Part shown: positions 1-17,135 of the stretch, piece after piece | Layout: every line of letters begins with the position of its first letter | Position numbering within the stretch: position 1 is the stretch's first letter | Source of the DNA: Eledone cirrhosa | Lineage: Eukaryota | Assembly (NCBI GenBank): GCA_964016885.1 | Contig: OZ024741.1 | Coordinates: 363,692,001 to 363,756,000, forward strand | DNA length: 64,000 bases | Direction of reading: 5' to 3' | Position numbers and translations under genes: made by a program | The notes under the pieces: generated by a model | What the model was told of the DNA's origin: nothing | Databases searched by the model: none | Seen by the model: only the letters and a program-made list of their open reading frames with translations

Positions 1-1884
1 GATCGATTCTCTCTCTGATTAGTTGCGCTATTACTTTTTCCGTGACCTTCATGACCTGGTCGATTAATTTAATGCCTCTATAGTTACTCCTATCTAGGGC
101 GTCTCCTTTACCCTTGTAGCAGTTAATGATGATGCTGCTATGCCAGTCCGTCGGAACAACCCCATTCTGTATGACTTGGTTTACTATCCGTGTGACCATG
201 GTGTGTCCCACCGTTCCAGAGGCTTTCAGCATTTCAGCAACTATTTCCGAAGGCCCAGCCGCCTAACCCGTCTTCATATCTTTGATTGCCTTACTTATTA
301 TACTACCTTCGACTAACACTCTATTGGGTCGATGTGGGGGAGACTTTCTTTCTCCCATTTATTCTCCTCATTTAGTAGCCTTTCGTAGTGACACTTCCAA
401 GCTACCTTCTTATCAGCGTCAGTGATGGCAAGTACGCCATCATCATTAAGTACACACTTCTCCCCGACAATATCACGGTTTTCCTTGACACATTGCCTAG
501 CAATCCTGAACACCTCACGTTTTTGGTCCTCGCGTTGAAGAACATGCTTGAACTTTCTTTCCTCTGCTTCCCTTCTTGCGAAGTACACTTGTCTCCTAGC
601 TTCCCTCCTGGCCACTTGATAGTCTTCTCTACTTCCCCCATCCCGCCATACTTTCCAAGCCTGCTTTTTGGCCTTAATTGACTCCTCCACCTTACTGTTC
701 CACCACTATGTTACTCTCCTCCTGCCTAGAGGCCTGCTCCAGCCACAGACTTCGTCTGCCGCCATCAGCAGGTTTGCTTTCAGGAATTGCCACTGTTCCT
801 CTATATTGTACGACTCTAATTGCTCTTCCTTACTGTTGAAAGCATCAAGTAATATGCTTTTAAATTTATTTCTGGCTGTGGGGTCCTTTAGCTTCCATAT
901 TTTTCTCCTGAGGATAGTCCTCTTCTGCTGTCGAGTACGTCTCGTCCTGACTATGAGGTCGCTAATTATCAGTCTATGTTGGGAGGTGCATTCTTCATAG
1001 GGGAGGGATTTAGTGTTTACAACAGACACTCTGTCACGTCTTCTGGTAAGGATATAATCTACCTGGCTGGTATGTTCCCCTGATCTGTAGGTGATCAAGT
1101 GATTGTCTCGTTTTTTGAAGTTAGTGTTACAGATAGTTAGGTTATTTGCATCACAGAATTCCAGGATTCTGGAGCCTTCCTCATTTCTAGTACCAAACCC
1201 ATAGCCTCCGTGGATTCCGTCATAGCCGTCACAATTTTGACCAACATGGCCATTTAGGTCGCCAGCAATAATTATATAGTCACTGTCGGTTATTTGGGAG
1301 GTAGTGAGCATCAGTGTCTCATAGAATCTCTCTTTTATAGCGCCAGGCAGTCTGGATTGGGGCGCGTATGCCGATATTACTGTCACAGTAGTTCTATTTA
1401 GAACAAGTCTTATTTTAATTATTCTATCATTTACTCTATTTACATCTATTATCTTATCCACCCATTTTTCTGCTAACATGATTCCTACCCCACCTATCCC
1501 ATTGTCATTTCCCACCCAGAAAAGCTTATAGCAACGTTTTTTACCCACAATGAATCTAGCAGACGCGCCCCTCCACCTGGACTCTTGGATACAGCAAACA
1601 TCAACCTCCTTACGTTCAAGCATTTCTACAAGCTCGTTAGAGCGGCCTTTTAAGGTGCCTACATTTATGGTACCAACTCTGAAGTTTTGGATTGTGTTTG
1701 GAGGATGGGGCGCAGGGATGGGTGAGGGGGATGGGGTTGGGGTTATGTTGGCCATCCACGGACGAAACAAAGAGGAGGGGGCCTTGCCCTTTCGTCCGGC
1801 AGCATGAGGTGAATTTGTCGTTATCTTTGGCATTGTCATCGAGTGTCCAGATTCTTCAGACTCTCCAGAAATTCCATAGTCCAT
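1..1884 (-). pseudogene. Disrupted APE endonuclease-reverse transcriptase ORF
   Basis: TAG at ~706 where the other copy has TGG, and a stop at ~313; ORFs 706..1884 and 313..690 are collinear with the 48650 copy. Confidence 0.85.
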
Positions 1885-1992
1885 CCATTATATCGAAAAG
1901 CAGCCAGAAGTGATAGCATAGGCCGTTGACTTGTGATTGGTCCAAATAATAAGGTGGAGAGTGGGGGCGGGAGGGAGGGGTATGGGGTAGTT

Positions 1993-3015
1993 AGCAAAGA
2001 GAAGATTATTTAGAACAATATGAATATATGGACCGATAGGTTGGAGAGAGATAAGGAAAATGGCATTTACATTATACTTCGCAGGGAACGACGAGGTCTG
2101 ATCATTTATAAGCGTTGACAAATTCTGAGATTCGTACCTCGCGATAGGTTTATTTATATTTGGTGAGATAAGGGAGTGATTGAAAGGGTGACCTAGCCGG
2201 CTCGTAATACGATATAGTGGGGCCGGGGGTAAAGGATTAGAGGGACAATGAGGCCATTTTATAAATCCTAGCATTTTTCGGCCAAAATTAAACAAACAAG
2301 ATTGTTATTTTAGAAAAGCAAAGAGAAGATTATTTAGAACAAATGGGGTAGTTAGCGAGAGGTTTTAAATGAAATCTTCGAATTTTGGGGGGCATAATTG
2401 GAGAAGCATATAACAGTAATAATAAGCGAATAATGGGGTTTTAAAATACAAGAAGATTATTTACAAACAACCAGACAGAATTATAGAATAGCATTGAGAG
2501 AGAGAGCAAAGATTGGATTTTGGGCGATAATACGGATATATGAATGAATGGACCGATAGCAAAGAGAAGATTATTTAGAACAATATGAATGAATGGACCG
2601 ATAGGCTGGAGAGAGATAAGAAAAATGGCATTTACATTATACTTCGCAGGGACGAGGTCTGACCATTTATAAGCGTTGACAAATTCTGAGATTCGTACCT
2701 CGCAACAGGTTTATTTATATTTGGAGAGAGAAGGGAGTGATTGAATGGGTGAGCTAGCCAGCACGTAACACGCTATAGTGTGGACGGGGGGTTAAGGATA
2801 AGAGGGACAATGAGGCCATTTTATAAATCCTAGCATTTTTCGGCCAAAATTAAACAAACAAGATTGTTATTTTAGAACAAATGGGGTAGTTAGCGAGAGA
2901 TTTAAATGAAATCTACGAATTTTGGGGGGCATAATTGGAGAAGCATATAACAGTAATAATAAGCGAAAAATGGGGTTTTAAAATACAAGAAGATTATTTA
3001 GAAACAACCAGACAA
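1993..3015. repeat. Imperfect ~565-bp tandem duplication upstream of the RTE ORF
   Basis: 1993..2478 aligns with 2558..3015 (agcaaagagaagattatttagaac ... acaaccagaca). Confidence 0.85.
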
Positions 3016-3056
3016 TATAATGTATATATATATATATATGTATATATATATGTATA

Positions 3057-3119
<63 letters not shown>

Positions 3120-3160
3120 ATATGTATATGTATATATGTATATATATATATATATGTATG

Positions 3161-3213
<53 letters not shown>

Positions 3214-3228
3214 GTATATATGTATATG

Positions 3229-3288
<60 letters not shown>

Positions 3289-3289
3289 T
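3016..3289. repeat. (TA)n/(TATG)n microsatellite
   Basis: Direct reading. Confidence 0.97.
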
Positions 3290-3328
3290 GTGGGAAAGTT
3301 AAAATTAAGGAACACTTGTGATTATTTA

Positions 3329-3368
3329 TGCCCTTGAGAAGCCCAACTGGGCGAAATGTACGTAGGTG
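3329..3368 (+). ncRNA. Minimal hammerhead-like motif (U3-A8 core variant) in a ~300-bp pLTR-like island
   Basis: cc-TTGAGAA-gccc(aact)gggc-GAAA-tgtacg-TA-gg; near-palindromic stem III; stem I only 2 bp; AATAAA just downstream. Confidence 0.5.
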
Positions 3369-3585
3369 ATATTTTAAATAAACATGTTTTAACGGTCTAT
3401 TCTCCGATTTTTAACTTTCCTACGTGCTTACGCTCTGCTAACTCTCTAGCCCACTAAATATTAATACTTCGAATATTTATTACTGCCGGCACTAGTATCG
3501 AGCACCTTTGGCATACGCTACTTGGCAAATAACTATATGTATCACCTATCCCTCCTTTTTCTCTCTTTCTCGATACGTAAATACT

Positions 3586-5032
<1,447 letters not shown>

Positions 5033-5124
5033 ACTTTGAACTTTGAATAACTTTGAAATGTTTTGGCCAGTATTGGCCCAGGCCATCTCTAACTTAATAG
5101 CACCACCTGGCGAAGTCTTTCAAT

Positions 5125-8100
5125 TCAGGATTTGGGCACCATGGCCCATTCGAGAAGAGAATTACTGTTTGCGGAGACATATCCGGGTGTGGGTGGTTTG
5201 TCCGGGATTACTTGGAGGAATTTGTCCAAAGACTTCTTGAATTTTGTGTGGTCAGTTTCTGTTTTGACGTGTCCTGGTGTGATGTTGAAGAGAGCAGGGC
5301 CGATTGAGGTGAAATAATTGTGCCGTATTGTTGTTATGAGTTGCGATTTAGATTTTTGAATGGGACGGATAGCACGGGGCCCAAGCCTTGGGTGTATCTT
5401 GAAGGCGATGCCAACATCATTTGGGCAGTGATGATGGAACATTTTCCACATCATGCAGATAATATAACGCTCACGGCGACGTTGGAGTGAGTAAAGTTTC
5501 AGGTTTTCCAATCGACCCCAGTAGTCAAGGTCTGACATGCCATCTATCTTTTTCGTGATTGCCCTTTGAGGAGCTTCAAGTTTCATGATACTTTGTTTCG
5601 TGTGGGGAGACCACAGTGGACAACAGTATTCAAGGTGTGGTCGGGCGAAAGTAGAGAAGAGAAGGATAATGGTGCGGGAATCTCTCGACTGGAAGGTTCT
5701 GAGGATCCAGGAACACATTCTGCGGGCCATGTCAACTTTGCTGCTTATATGCGTGGTCCAGCTTATGTTGCTGTCCACGGTTACTCCCAAGTCTCTGATG
5801 TTGTTAGATGCCACGAGAGTTTCCCCGGAGGGAAGGGAGTACGGGAGTTTCAGAGCATCCTCTTTTCCAAAGTGGATCAGTTCGAATTTGTCTTCGTTCA
5901 GTAACATGTTGTTCTTTTCTGCCCATTGGGTAACAGCCAGTAGGTCTGACTGAAGGCTTATCCGGTCATCCACGCCATTGATGACCTTTTGGAGCTTGGA
6001 ATCATCAGCGAAAATTTTAATGTTGCTGTGTTTGATGATGTCAGTGATGTCATTAATATAGATGATGAAGAGAAGTGGGCCCAACACAGTGCCTTGTGGG
6101 ACTCCACTACTGACTTTGGCTGGGCTTGATTTGACTCCCTCAACTACAACATGTTGGGTTCTGTTTGACAGGAAGCTCTTGATCCACTGCAGCAGCTTTC
6201 CAGTGACACCAATATTGGACAGCTTTCTCAGTAGAATGTTATGATCAACCCTGTCAAAGGCCTTGCTGAAATCAAGGTAGATAACATCAGTGTTGGAACC
6301 CTCTCCCAAGGCTCTCAAAATGTCATCAAAGTGATGCAGTAGTTGCGTCAGGCAATCCCTTCCATTACGGAATCCATGCTGGTTGGAGTTCAGCATATTG
6401 TTACTCTCAAGGAAGTGGGTCATTCGCGATCTCACCACTCGCTCAAATACCTTAATGATATGAGAGGTGAGTGAGATTGGACGGTAATTCACGGCAAGGG
6501 ATTTGTTTCCCTTTTTGAAAACTGGGACAACAGACTGGGATAGAAGGTTTTCTGGCACATATCCAGCATCCAGTGAGTTCCGCCACAGATTGGCAAGAGG
6601 AGAAGCAAGTTGGTGTTGACACGCCTTCAAGACACAAGCAGGGAACCTATCGGGACCTACTGCTGAATTATGCTTGATTTCCTTTATTGCCGCCAAGACA
6701 TCAGGGGCGCCAAACGTTATGTCCGATAAGGTGTAATGGGGAGTAACATCGCCGATACAGCCCAGATCGGCCATATCAGGATTGCTGAAAACAGAGCAGT
6801 ATTGTTTCTGCAGTATCTCACCCATGGTTTTAGCATTGTCTTGAAGAGTGCCATTTTCATCAATTAGAGGGCCAACAGTAGAGCCAGTGATTTTGTGTTT
6901 TTTTGCAAATGAAAAGAACACTTTGGGATTGAGTTTGATCTTCTCAATGGCCCAGGCCTCTTCAGCTCTTCTCTGATTGTTGATGAGGGACATTATGTTG
7001 TTTTGGAGGTTATGTTTTTTAATCTCTAGTGATGAAATGGCAGTCAAGTTGATGTGTTGCTGCTGACAGTATTTCAGATTGTTGATTTTTTTGTTCGTTC
7101 TCTTAATTTTTCTGATGAGCGTTTTTCTATTTCTAGGGATTCTGCTCTTAGATTTGTTTATAGTTCTTAATGGGGTGTGTTTAGCACATATGTTTGTAAC
7201 AGTGTCCACAAATGTCTGCCAGGACTTTTTGATGTTAGTGGGTGTATGAGTGTGCGTGAAGGACCAGTCGACATGTGCAAGATCATGACTGATCGCTTCC
7301 CAGTTTGCATTGTGGAAATCCATAGCGTCAAACGGATGGACAGGAGAAATGACATTGGGTTTGTATATTGGACGGTGGAATCTCAGATCACAGAGAACCA
7401 TGTCATGATCAGAGAGTAGAGTTTTCTCCACTGCAATATTGTGGATATTGTCAGTGTGATTGCTGAAAATTAAGTCTAGGACGTTTTTGTGGCACCTCGT
7501 TGGTTCGAGCACTAGTTGGGATAGGAAGAAATCATCCATGAAGTCAAGAAGCGATTCCACAGCTTCCCTGTCAGAGGTTGAGGCAGAAGAACCTGGTGGC
7601 AGGGTGTTTGTGGACCAGTCAACTCCGGGGAGGTTGAAGTCCCCCATCATTAAGATGTTGTCAGGGTGACACTCTTGGATGAAACACTTTATGCTGTTGA
7701 GGCATTCCTTGAAGCATGGTACAGGCGTTTGGGGTGGCCTATAGAGCCCAACTACTAATAGGTTGTTGGTTTGACTGAATACAGTGACTGCCTCACAGTA
7801 TCCATTAGTGAATATGTTCATAGCCTCTGTTGAGAAAGAATTATGGACATAAATGGCAGTTCCGCCCTTTCTTCTGCCAGCGCGATCAGCACGGATGGCT
7901 TTGAAATTTTTCACTTTCACCTCGGCTTCCAAGTGGAGGTTACTGAGATGGGTTTCAGTGAGGACGAAGAAAGGGATGTGGTTTGGATGGACATCAATCC
8001 AGTCCTCCAGGAATTTGATCTTCCATTTTTGAGTATTGGTGGAAGGGCTGATGCCTTGGGCGTTAAGCAAAAATGTAGAGGCGAGAGTGGATGGTTTTAA

Positions 8101-8145
8101 TTGTTTTGGTGTGTTGTTAATTTGTTTGTTTGTTAATGGCAGCAA
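5125..8145 (-). CDS. LINE ORF2: APE endonuclease + reverse transcriptase (frame open up to 8262; no ATG before the APE motifs)
   Basis: LTETHL, GLYRPP, MGDFNLP, SDHD, YRPISLTS, QHGFR, LDFSKAFDRV, GVPQGTVLGP, FADD; CR1-type C-terminus [18 protein letters not shown]; 1006 aa with no stops. Confidence 0.95.
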   Translation of the reverse strand: MLPLTNKQINNTPKQLKPSTLASTFLLNAQGISPSTNTQKWKIKFLEDWIDVHPNHIPFFVLTETHLSNLHLEAEVKVKNFKAIRADRAGRRKGGTAIYVHNSFSTEAMNIFTNGYCEAVTVFSQTNNLLVVGLYRPPQTPVPCFKECLNSIKCFIQECHPDNILMMGDFNLPGVDWSTNTLPPGSSASTSDREAVESLLDFMDDFFLSQLVLEPTRCHKNVLDLIFSNHTDNIHNIAVEKTLLSDHDMVLCDLRFHRPIYKPNVISPVHPFDAMDFHNANWEAISHDLAHVDWSFTHTHTPTNIKKSWQTFVDTVTNICAKHTPLRTINKSKSRIPRNRKTLIRKIKRTNKKINNLKYCQQQHINLTAISSLEIKKHNLQNNIMSLINNQRRAEEAWAIEKIKLNPKVFFSFAKKHKITGSTVGPLIDENGTLQDNAKTMGEILQKQYCSVFSNPDMADLGCIGDVTPHYTLSDITFGAPDVLAAIKEIKHNSAVGPDRFPACVLKACQHQLASPLANLWRNSLDAGYVPENLLSQSVVPVFKKGNKSLAVNYRPISLTSHIIKVFERVVRSRMTHFLESNNMLNSNQHGFRNGRDCLTQLLHHFDDILRALGEGSNTDVIYLDFSKAFDRVDHNILLRKLSNIGVTGKLLQWIKSFLSNRTQHVVVEGVKSSPAKVSSGVPQGTVLGPLLFIIYINDITDIIKHSNIKIFADDSKLQKVINGVDDRISLQSDLLAVTQWAEKNNMLLNEDKFELIHFGKEDALKLPYSLPSGETLVASNNIRDLGVTVDSNISWTTHISSKVDMARRMCSWILRTFQSRDSRTIILLFSTFARPHLEYCCPLWSPHTKQSIMKLEAPQRAITKKIDGMSDLDYWGRLENLKLYSLQRRRERYIICMMWKMFHHHCPNDVGIAFKIHPRLGPRAIRPIQKSKSQLITTIRHNYFTSIGPALFNITPGHVKTETDHTKFKKSLDKFLQVIPDKPPTPGYVSANSNSLLEWAMVPKS

Positions 8146-9320
8146 TGGGAGTTTGTGCAGTGGGGTGATAGTGGAGGGTGGTGCTGGGTGATAGCTCGAA
8201 TGTTTTTTTCCAGTTCTTTTGCCAGATTCATTATGGCTAAAAAAGAGGAAGAAGTTTCCTGTTTAGAAGACTGTTGGTGACTGTGGTAGTGGTTATTTTT
8301 ATGTAGGTTATGGTTTTTGTTTTTGCTTTTATTTTTAATTTTATTTTCATTTATCCGACGGGTCCCCGGGAGATGGGTAAAGGGACAATCCCGGTCTAAA
8401 CACAATCTGTCTCGCAGGGAAAAACGGCAGATTTGTGGATTCCTTGTTTGAGTTATTGGTGGTTGTGTTGGTGTTAAATTAGAGTATGTATTATGGTGGT
8501 GGCTGTTTGTGGGGATAGATCGTTTTGTCCTAGGTAAATGGGTGAATTTGCAGCCACTATCCGTACATATTCTATAGCGTAGAGAGTAGCGGCAAATGAT
8601 GGGGTTTCGAGTGGGTGGGTATATGGGTGTGGGTGTTGTGAGAGGTGTAGATGATGGTTTGGGTAGGATTTGACGACCTTTGTGGACTGTGGGAGGGAGA
8701 GTTCTTGTTCTGGTATTAGAAGGTAAATTCCTTGACATAGCAGTAGACAAAAATGTTGTAGTAGTAGTAGTAGTAGGCAGAGATGTTGGCAGTGGTGATG
8801 ATTGGACTGCTGGGCCAGAGAAAGGATGTGGCGTTTCATGCTGTGAGACAGAGGCTACTGGGGGGTCAATAGTTTCATTTAGTAGATCGGCCATTGTTGA
8901 TGAATCAAGGAGTGGTTCACACTGTTGTTGTTGCTGTTGTTGATGTTGTTGTTGTAGCTGTTGTTGATGTTGTTGTTGTAGCTGTTGTTGTTGTTGCTGT
9001 TGTAGCTGCTGTTGTTGTTGTTGTTGCTGTTGTAGCTGCTGTTGTTGTTGTTGCTGCTGCTGGACAGCATTCGAAGAGAAAACACACCGTAGTTTATCCA
9101 AATGTTTATTGATTAATTTAAAAGCAATTTCGATTTGCTTTAATTTATTTTGAATCTGTTGTTCAGATCGAGTTTTCAAAAATTGAACTGTACGTTTAGC
9201 AATGTCGTTCAGAGATGAAGCATCTATATCTTCTGTTTGGGAAAGGCAATGCCATGTGTTTATTAGAATGTCGATTTCATTATCAGACCAGTTCTGTTTG
9301 GATTTTTGCTGGTTAGCCAT
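8133..9320 (-). CDS. LINE ORF1: Myb/SANT-like N-terminus, polyQ tract, two CCCH zinc fingers
   Basis: WSDNEIDILINTW...RSEQQIQNKLK; Q-run; C-x8-C-x4-C-x3-H twice; directly upstream of and overlapping ORF2. Confidence 0.85.
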   Translation of the reverse strand: MANQQKSKQNWSDNEIDILINTWHCLSQTEDIDASSLNDIAKRTVQFLKTRSEQQIQNKLKQIEIAFKLINKHLDKLRCVFSSNAVQQQQQQQQQLQQQQQQQQQLQQQQQQQLQQQHQQQLQQQHQQQQQQQCEPLLDSSTMADLLNETIDPPVASVSQHETPHPFSGPAVQSSPLPTSLPTTTTTTTFLSTAMSRNLPSNTRTRTLPPTVHKGRQILPKPSSTPLTTPTPIYPPTRNPIICRYSLRYRICTDSGCKFTHLPRTKRSIPTNSHHHNTYSNLTPTQPPITQTRNPQICRFSLRDRLCLDRDCPFTHLPGTRRINENKIKNKSKNKNHNLHKNNHYHSHQQSSKQETSSSFLAIMNLAKELEKNIRAITQHHPPLSPHCTNSHCCH

Positions 9321-9603
9321 TCTAGTTTTGAGTGTGTGTGTGTTTTAGTTAAGTATTTCAATATATATATATTTTTTTTTTAAATTTATTTTTGATTTAT
9401 TTTTGTTTTTTGTTTTTCTTGTGTGTGAGTGAGAAGCGTATATATATATAAATATGAGTATATATATATATATATATGTATATTCTGGTTATTTGAAATT
9501 AATTAAGTTAATGAAAAGACGAAAGTATATAATAATAATTTGTAGTTAAAGGAAAATGTACTCACAAGTTCGTGTGTGTGTGTTTTAGTTAAGTATTTTC
9601 AAT

Positions 9604-11276
<1,673 letters not shown>

Positions 11277-11887
11277 TGTCAGGTCACCAGTTGGTGCTAC
11301 TGGTAACATGTATCCCAGTACAACCTGTCTCATGGTCGGGTCGTTGGCGACTAAACTGGCAACCCCACCAAGGTTTCTTGGTGAGGAGGGTGACTTTGGA
11401 CATCCTGCAGGACTAAAAACAAAACCTGTCAAAGGGCAAAGGAGCTCTTAAGAGTCAATGGCCATCCAAAATCACCGGGAGAGATGACCCCTTAGCCTTT
11501 GTCAAGGCAGAATTCTAGGAGAAGGAAAACTCTGATATAACACCTGCAACCCTGATGGTATCCAATGATGTTGACTTGTTCTTCTTTTTGGTAAATATCA
11601 TCTTGGTTAAGAGAGTGGGACTGGCTTTGTGCAGTGCCTTTGCTCACTATAAAAGCTTCACGGCACAGGCATTGCTTTATATCTGGAGATCTCTCTGCAC
11701 ATGTCGTCACATGGTACCATGGGCCCAACACTATGTGTCAATAATTGTCACAAGTGTAGTCTTTGTACCAGAGTTTTCAAGTCGCTGGCTGGACTAAAAA
11801 GTCACACTCGTTCAGCGCATCAGTAGGGGTTCTCCTACATGGATATAAAGTAGTGGCCGTACTCGAAAACGAGTTGGCAGCCACCAT
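11277..11887 (+). mobile_element. ~610-bp non-coding retroposon, full-length copy
   Basis: Same ends as 43227..43831; TA on both sides; no credible ORF. Confidence 0.8.
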
Positions 11888-11914
11888 ATATATATGTATG
11901 TATATATATATATA

Positions 11915-12249
11915 GGAGGCACATGGCTTAGTGGTTAGAGCATTGGCCTTGCAATCAAAAGGTTGTGAGTTCAATTCTCAGACCGGGTGATGTGTTGTTT
12001 CCTTGAGCAAGGCACTTTATTTCACATTGCTCCAGTTTACTCAGCTGTAGAAATGAGATGATAGGGATTGGGGTCCCTATCATTCCACTGCAAAGTGGTC
12101 GTGGAGGTGCCACGGCAAAAAAGCACCCAGCACTCACTGTAAATGAGGTTGGTGTTAGGAAGGGCATCCAGCTGTAGAAATCAAGCCAGAATCAGTTCCC
12201 GTCCCACCCTTGCAAGCAGGGAAAAGTGGACGTAAAATGAGATGATGAT
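11915..12249 (+). mobile_element. tRNA-derived SINE with RTE-derived 3' tail
   Basis: A box TGGCTTAGTGG, B box GTTCAATTC, central tccttgagcaaggcactt, tail matching the RTE 3' UTR (51894..52060), (GAT)n end. Confidence 0.9.
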
Positions 12250-15209
<2,960 letters not shown>

Positions 15210-15422
15210 CGTTTCTGAATTTGTTTAGCAAGATTCTTTATCTGAAATCGTGTGTTGAAACCGATATTGTTATACTTTGGGAGGGTCATGTTGCCAATAA
15301 GAAACACACGCACCAGTTGCTTTCACTTCAATTTAATTTAATATATATTTATAAATTTACAAATTTATAAATTTCTGGTTGGTTGGTTGGTTCCACAACC
15401 AGATAGTTGTTTATATATATAT

Positions 15423-15467
15423 AGTCATAGTTCTTTCGTCACACACTCTGTGACCTCTTCAGTGACT
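15423..15467 (-). ncRNA. Type I hammerhead ribozyme in PLE pLTR
   Basis: agtca-CTGAAGA-g-gtcac(agagtgt)gtgac-GAAA-gaac-TA-tgact. Confidence 0.8.
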
Positions 15468-17090
15468 GGGGATTTCTTTCTTCGTTTCTGTGCCTTTCCT
15501 TTCTTCTATCCTACGCCATTTTGTTTGTGTGTGGGTTGCGTGCTCAGTTTGCGCATGCGCCACATCCGGGTGTCTGTGTGTGTTTGTGTTCATTTTTCTA
15601 TTTTTATATTTTTATATTTATATTTGTTTGTTTATTTATTTATTTATTGTTGGTTGGTTGTTTGTTCTATGTGTGTGTGTGTTTTCATTTTGTCTTGTGT
15701 GTGTTTTCATTTTGTGAGTGTTTTCAATTGTAAGTTGTTTATATATGTGTGTGTGTGTTTTCATTTTGTCCTTAATTGTAAGTTGTGATGTTGCTGTTCC
15801 ACTCATATTTTCTATTTAATTTTGGTTTTAATTCTTTTATGCTTACTGCCTCTGTAATTTGCCTAAACATTGCGTCTTTCTTGTGTGTGGATTCTATTTT
15901 TATTTCTATGCTCTCTAATTTACCCCTGTGTTCTATCTTAGCATGTTGGTAGAGCACAGATGATTCTTTACTATCTTGGAGGTCTCGCCAGTGTTCATTT
16001 ATTCGTTCCCCTATACTACGAGCTGTCTCACCTATGTACACTATATTTTTGTTTCTACATTGTCCCTCAGTACATCTTATGCTATATACTACATTTCTAG
16101 TTTTACAGTTAATATGGGGGCTTATTTTACAGGTTATACATTTCTTATCTATACATGAGGGTCTTTGGAACGGGTATGTCTTGCTAATAAGTGTTTTTAC
16201 GGAGGTACCAGGTCTTTCTACTATCTTAATATTGAGATTATGTTTCTTTAGGGCCCTTCTAAATTTGTAGGCTAGAGGTGAACTAGCCTACAAATTTAGA
16301 AGGGCCCTAAAGAAACATAATCTCAATATTAAGATAGTAGAAAGACCTGGTACCTCCGTAAAAACACTTATTAGCAAGACATACCCGTTCCAAAGACCCT
16401 CATGTATAGATAAGAAATGTATAACCTGTAAAATAAGCCCCCATATTAACTGTAAAACTAGAAATGTAGTATATAGCATAAGATGTACTGAGGGACAATG
16501 TAGAAACAAAAATATAGTGTACATAGGTGAGACAGCTCGTAGTATAGGGGAACGAATAAATGAACACTGGCGAGACCTCCAAGATAGTAAAGAATCATCT
16601 GTGCTCTACCAACATGCTAAGATAGAACACAGGGGTAAATTAGAGAGCATAGAAATAAAAATAGAATCCACACACAAGAAAGGCGCAATGTTTAGGCAAA
16701 TTACAGAGGCAGTAAGCATAAAAGAATTAAAACCAAAATTAAATAGAAAATATGAGTGGAACAGCAACATCACAACTTACAATTAAGGACAAAATGAAAA
16801 CACACACACACATATATAAACAACTTACAATTGAAAACACACACAAAATGAAAACACACACAAGACAAAATGAAAACACACACACACATAGAACAAACAA
16901 CCAACCAACAATAAATAAATAAATAAACAAACAAATATAAATATAAAAATATAAAAATAGAAAAATGAACACAAACACACACAGACACCCGGATGTGGCG
17001 CATGCGCAAACTGAGCACGCAACCCACACACAAACAAAATGGCGTAGGATAGAAGAAAGGAAAGGCACAGAAACGAAGAAAGAAATCCCC

Positions 17091-17135
17091 AGTCACTGAA
17101 GAGGTCACAGAGTGTGTGACGAAAGAACTATGACT
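17091..17135 (+). ncRNA. Type I hammerhead ribozyme in PLE pLTR (mirror copy)
   Basis: Same motif on the + strand. Confidence 0.8.

Larger units (their letters stand above)
1..3015 (-). mobile_element. RTE-clade LINE (family A), 5' part; runs off the window edge
   Basis: APE endonuclease motifs ([35 protein letters not shown]) in ORF 706..1884; nearly the same sequence as the + copy at 48650..52060. Assigning 1885..3015 as its 5' UTR is inferred. Confidence 0.85.
5031..9603 (-). mobile_element. Apparently full-length CR1-like LINE
   Basis: ORF1 + ORF2, short 3' UTR ending in ttcaaag repeats fused to (TA)n; 5' UTR bracketed by a ~35-bp direct repeat (9331..9365 / 9572..9605). Confidence 0.9.

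Noticed and set aside
11277-11400. Definite HDV-like or twister ribozyme
   Set aside because: A P3/L3-like hairpin and GAGGAGGG are present, but the required strand order and pseudoknots do not fit
11915-11990. Functional tRNA gene
   Set aside because: A/B boxes run directly into SINE body and tail; no complete acceptor stem
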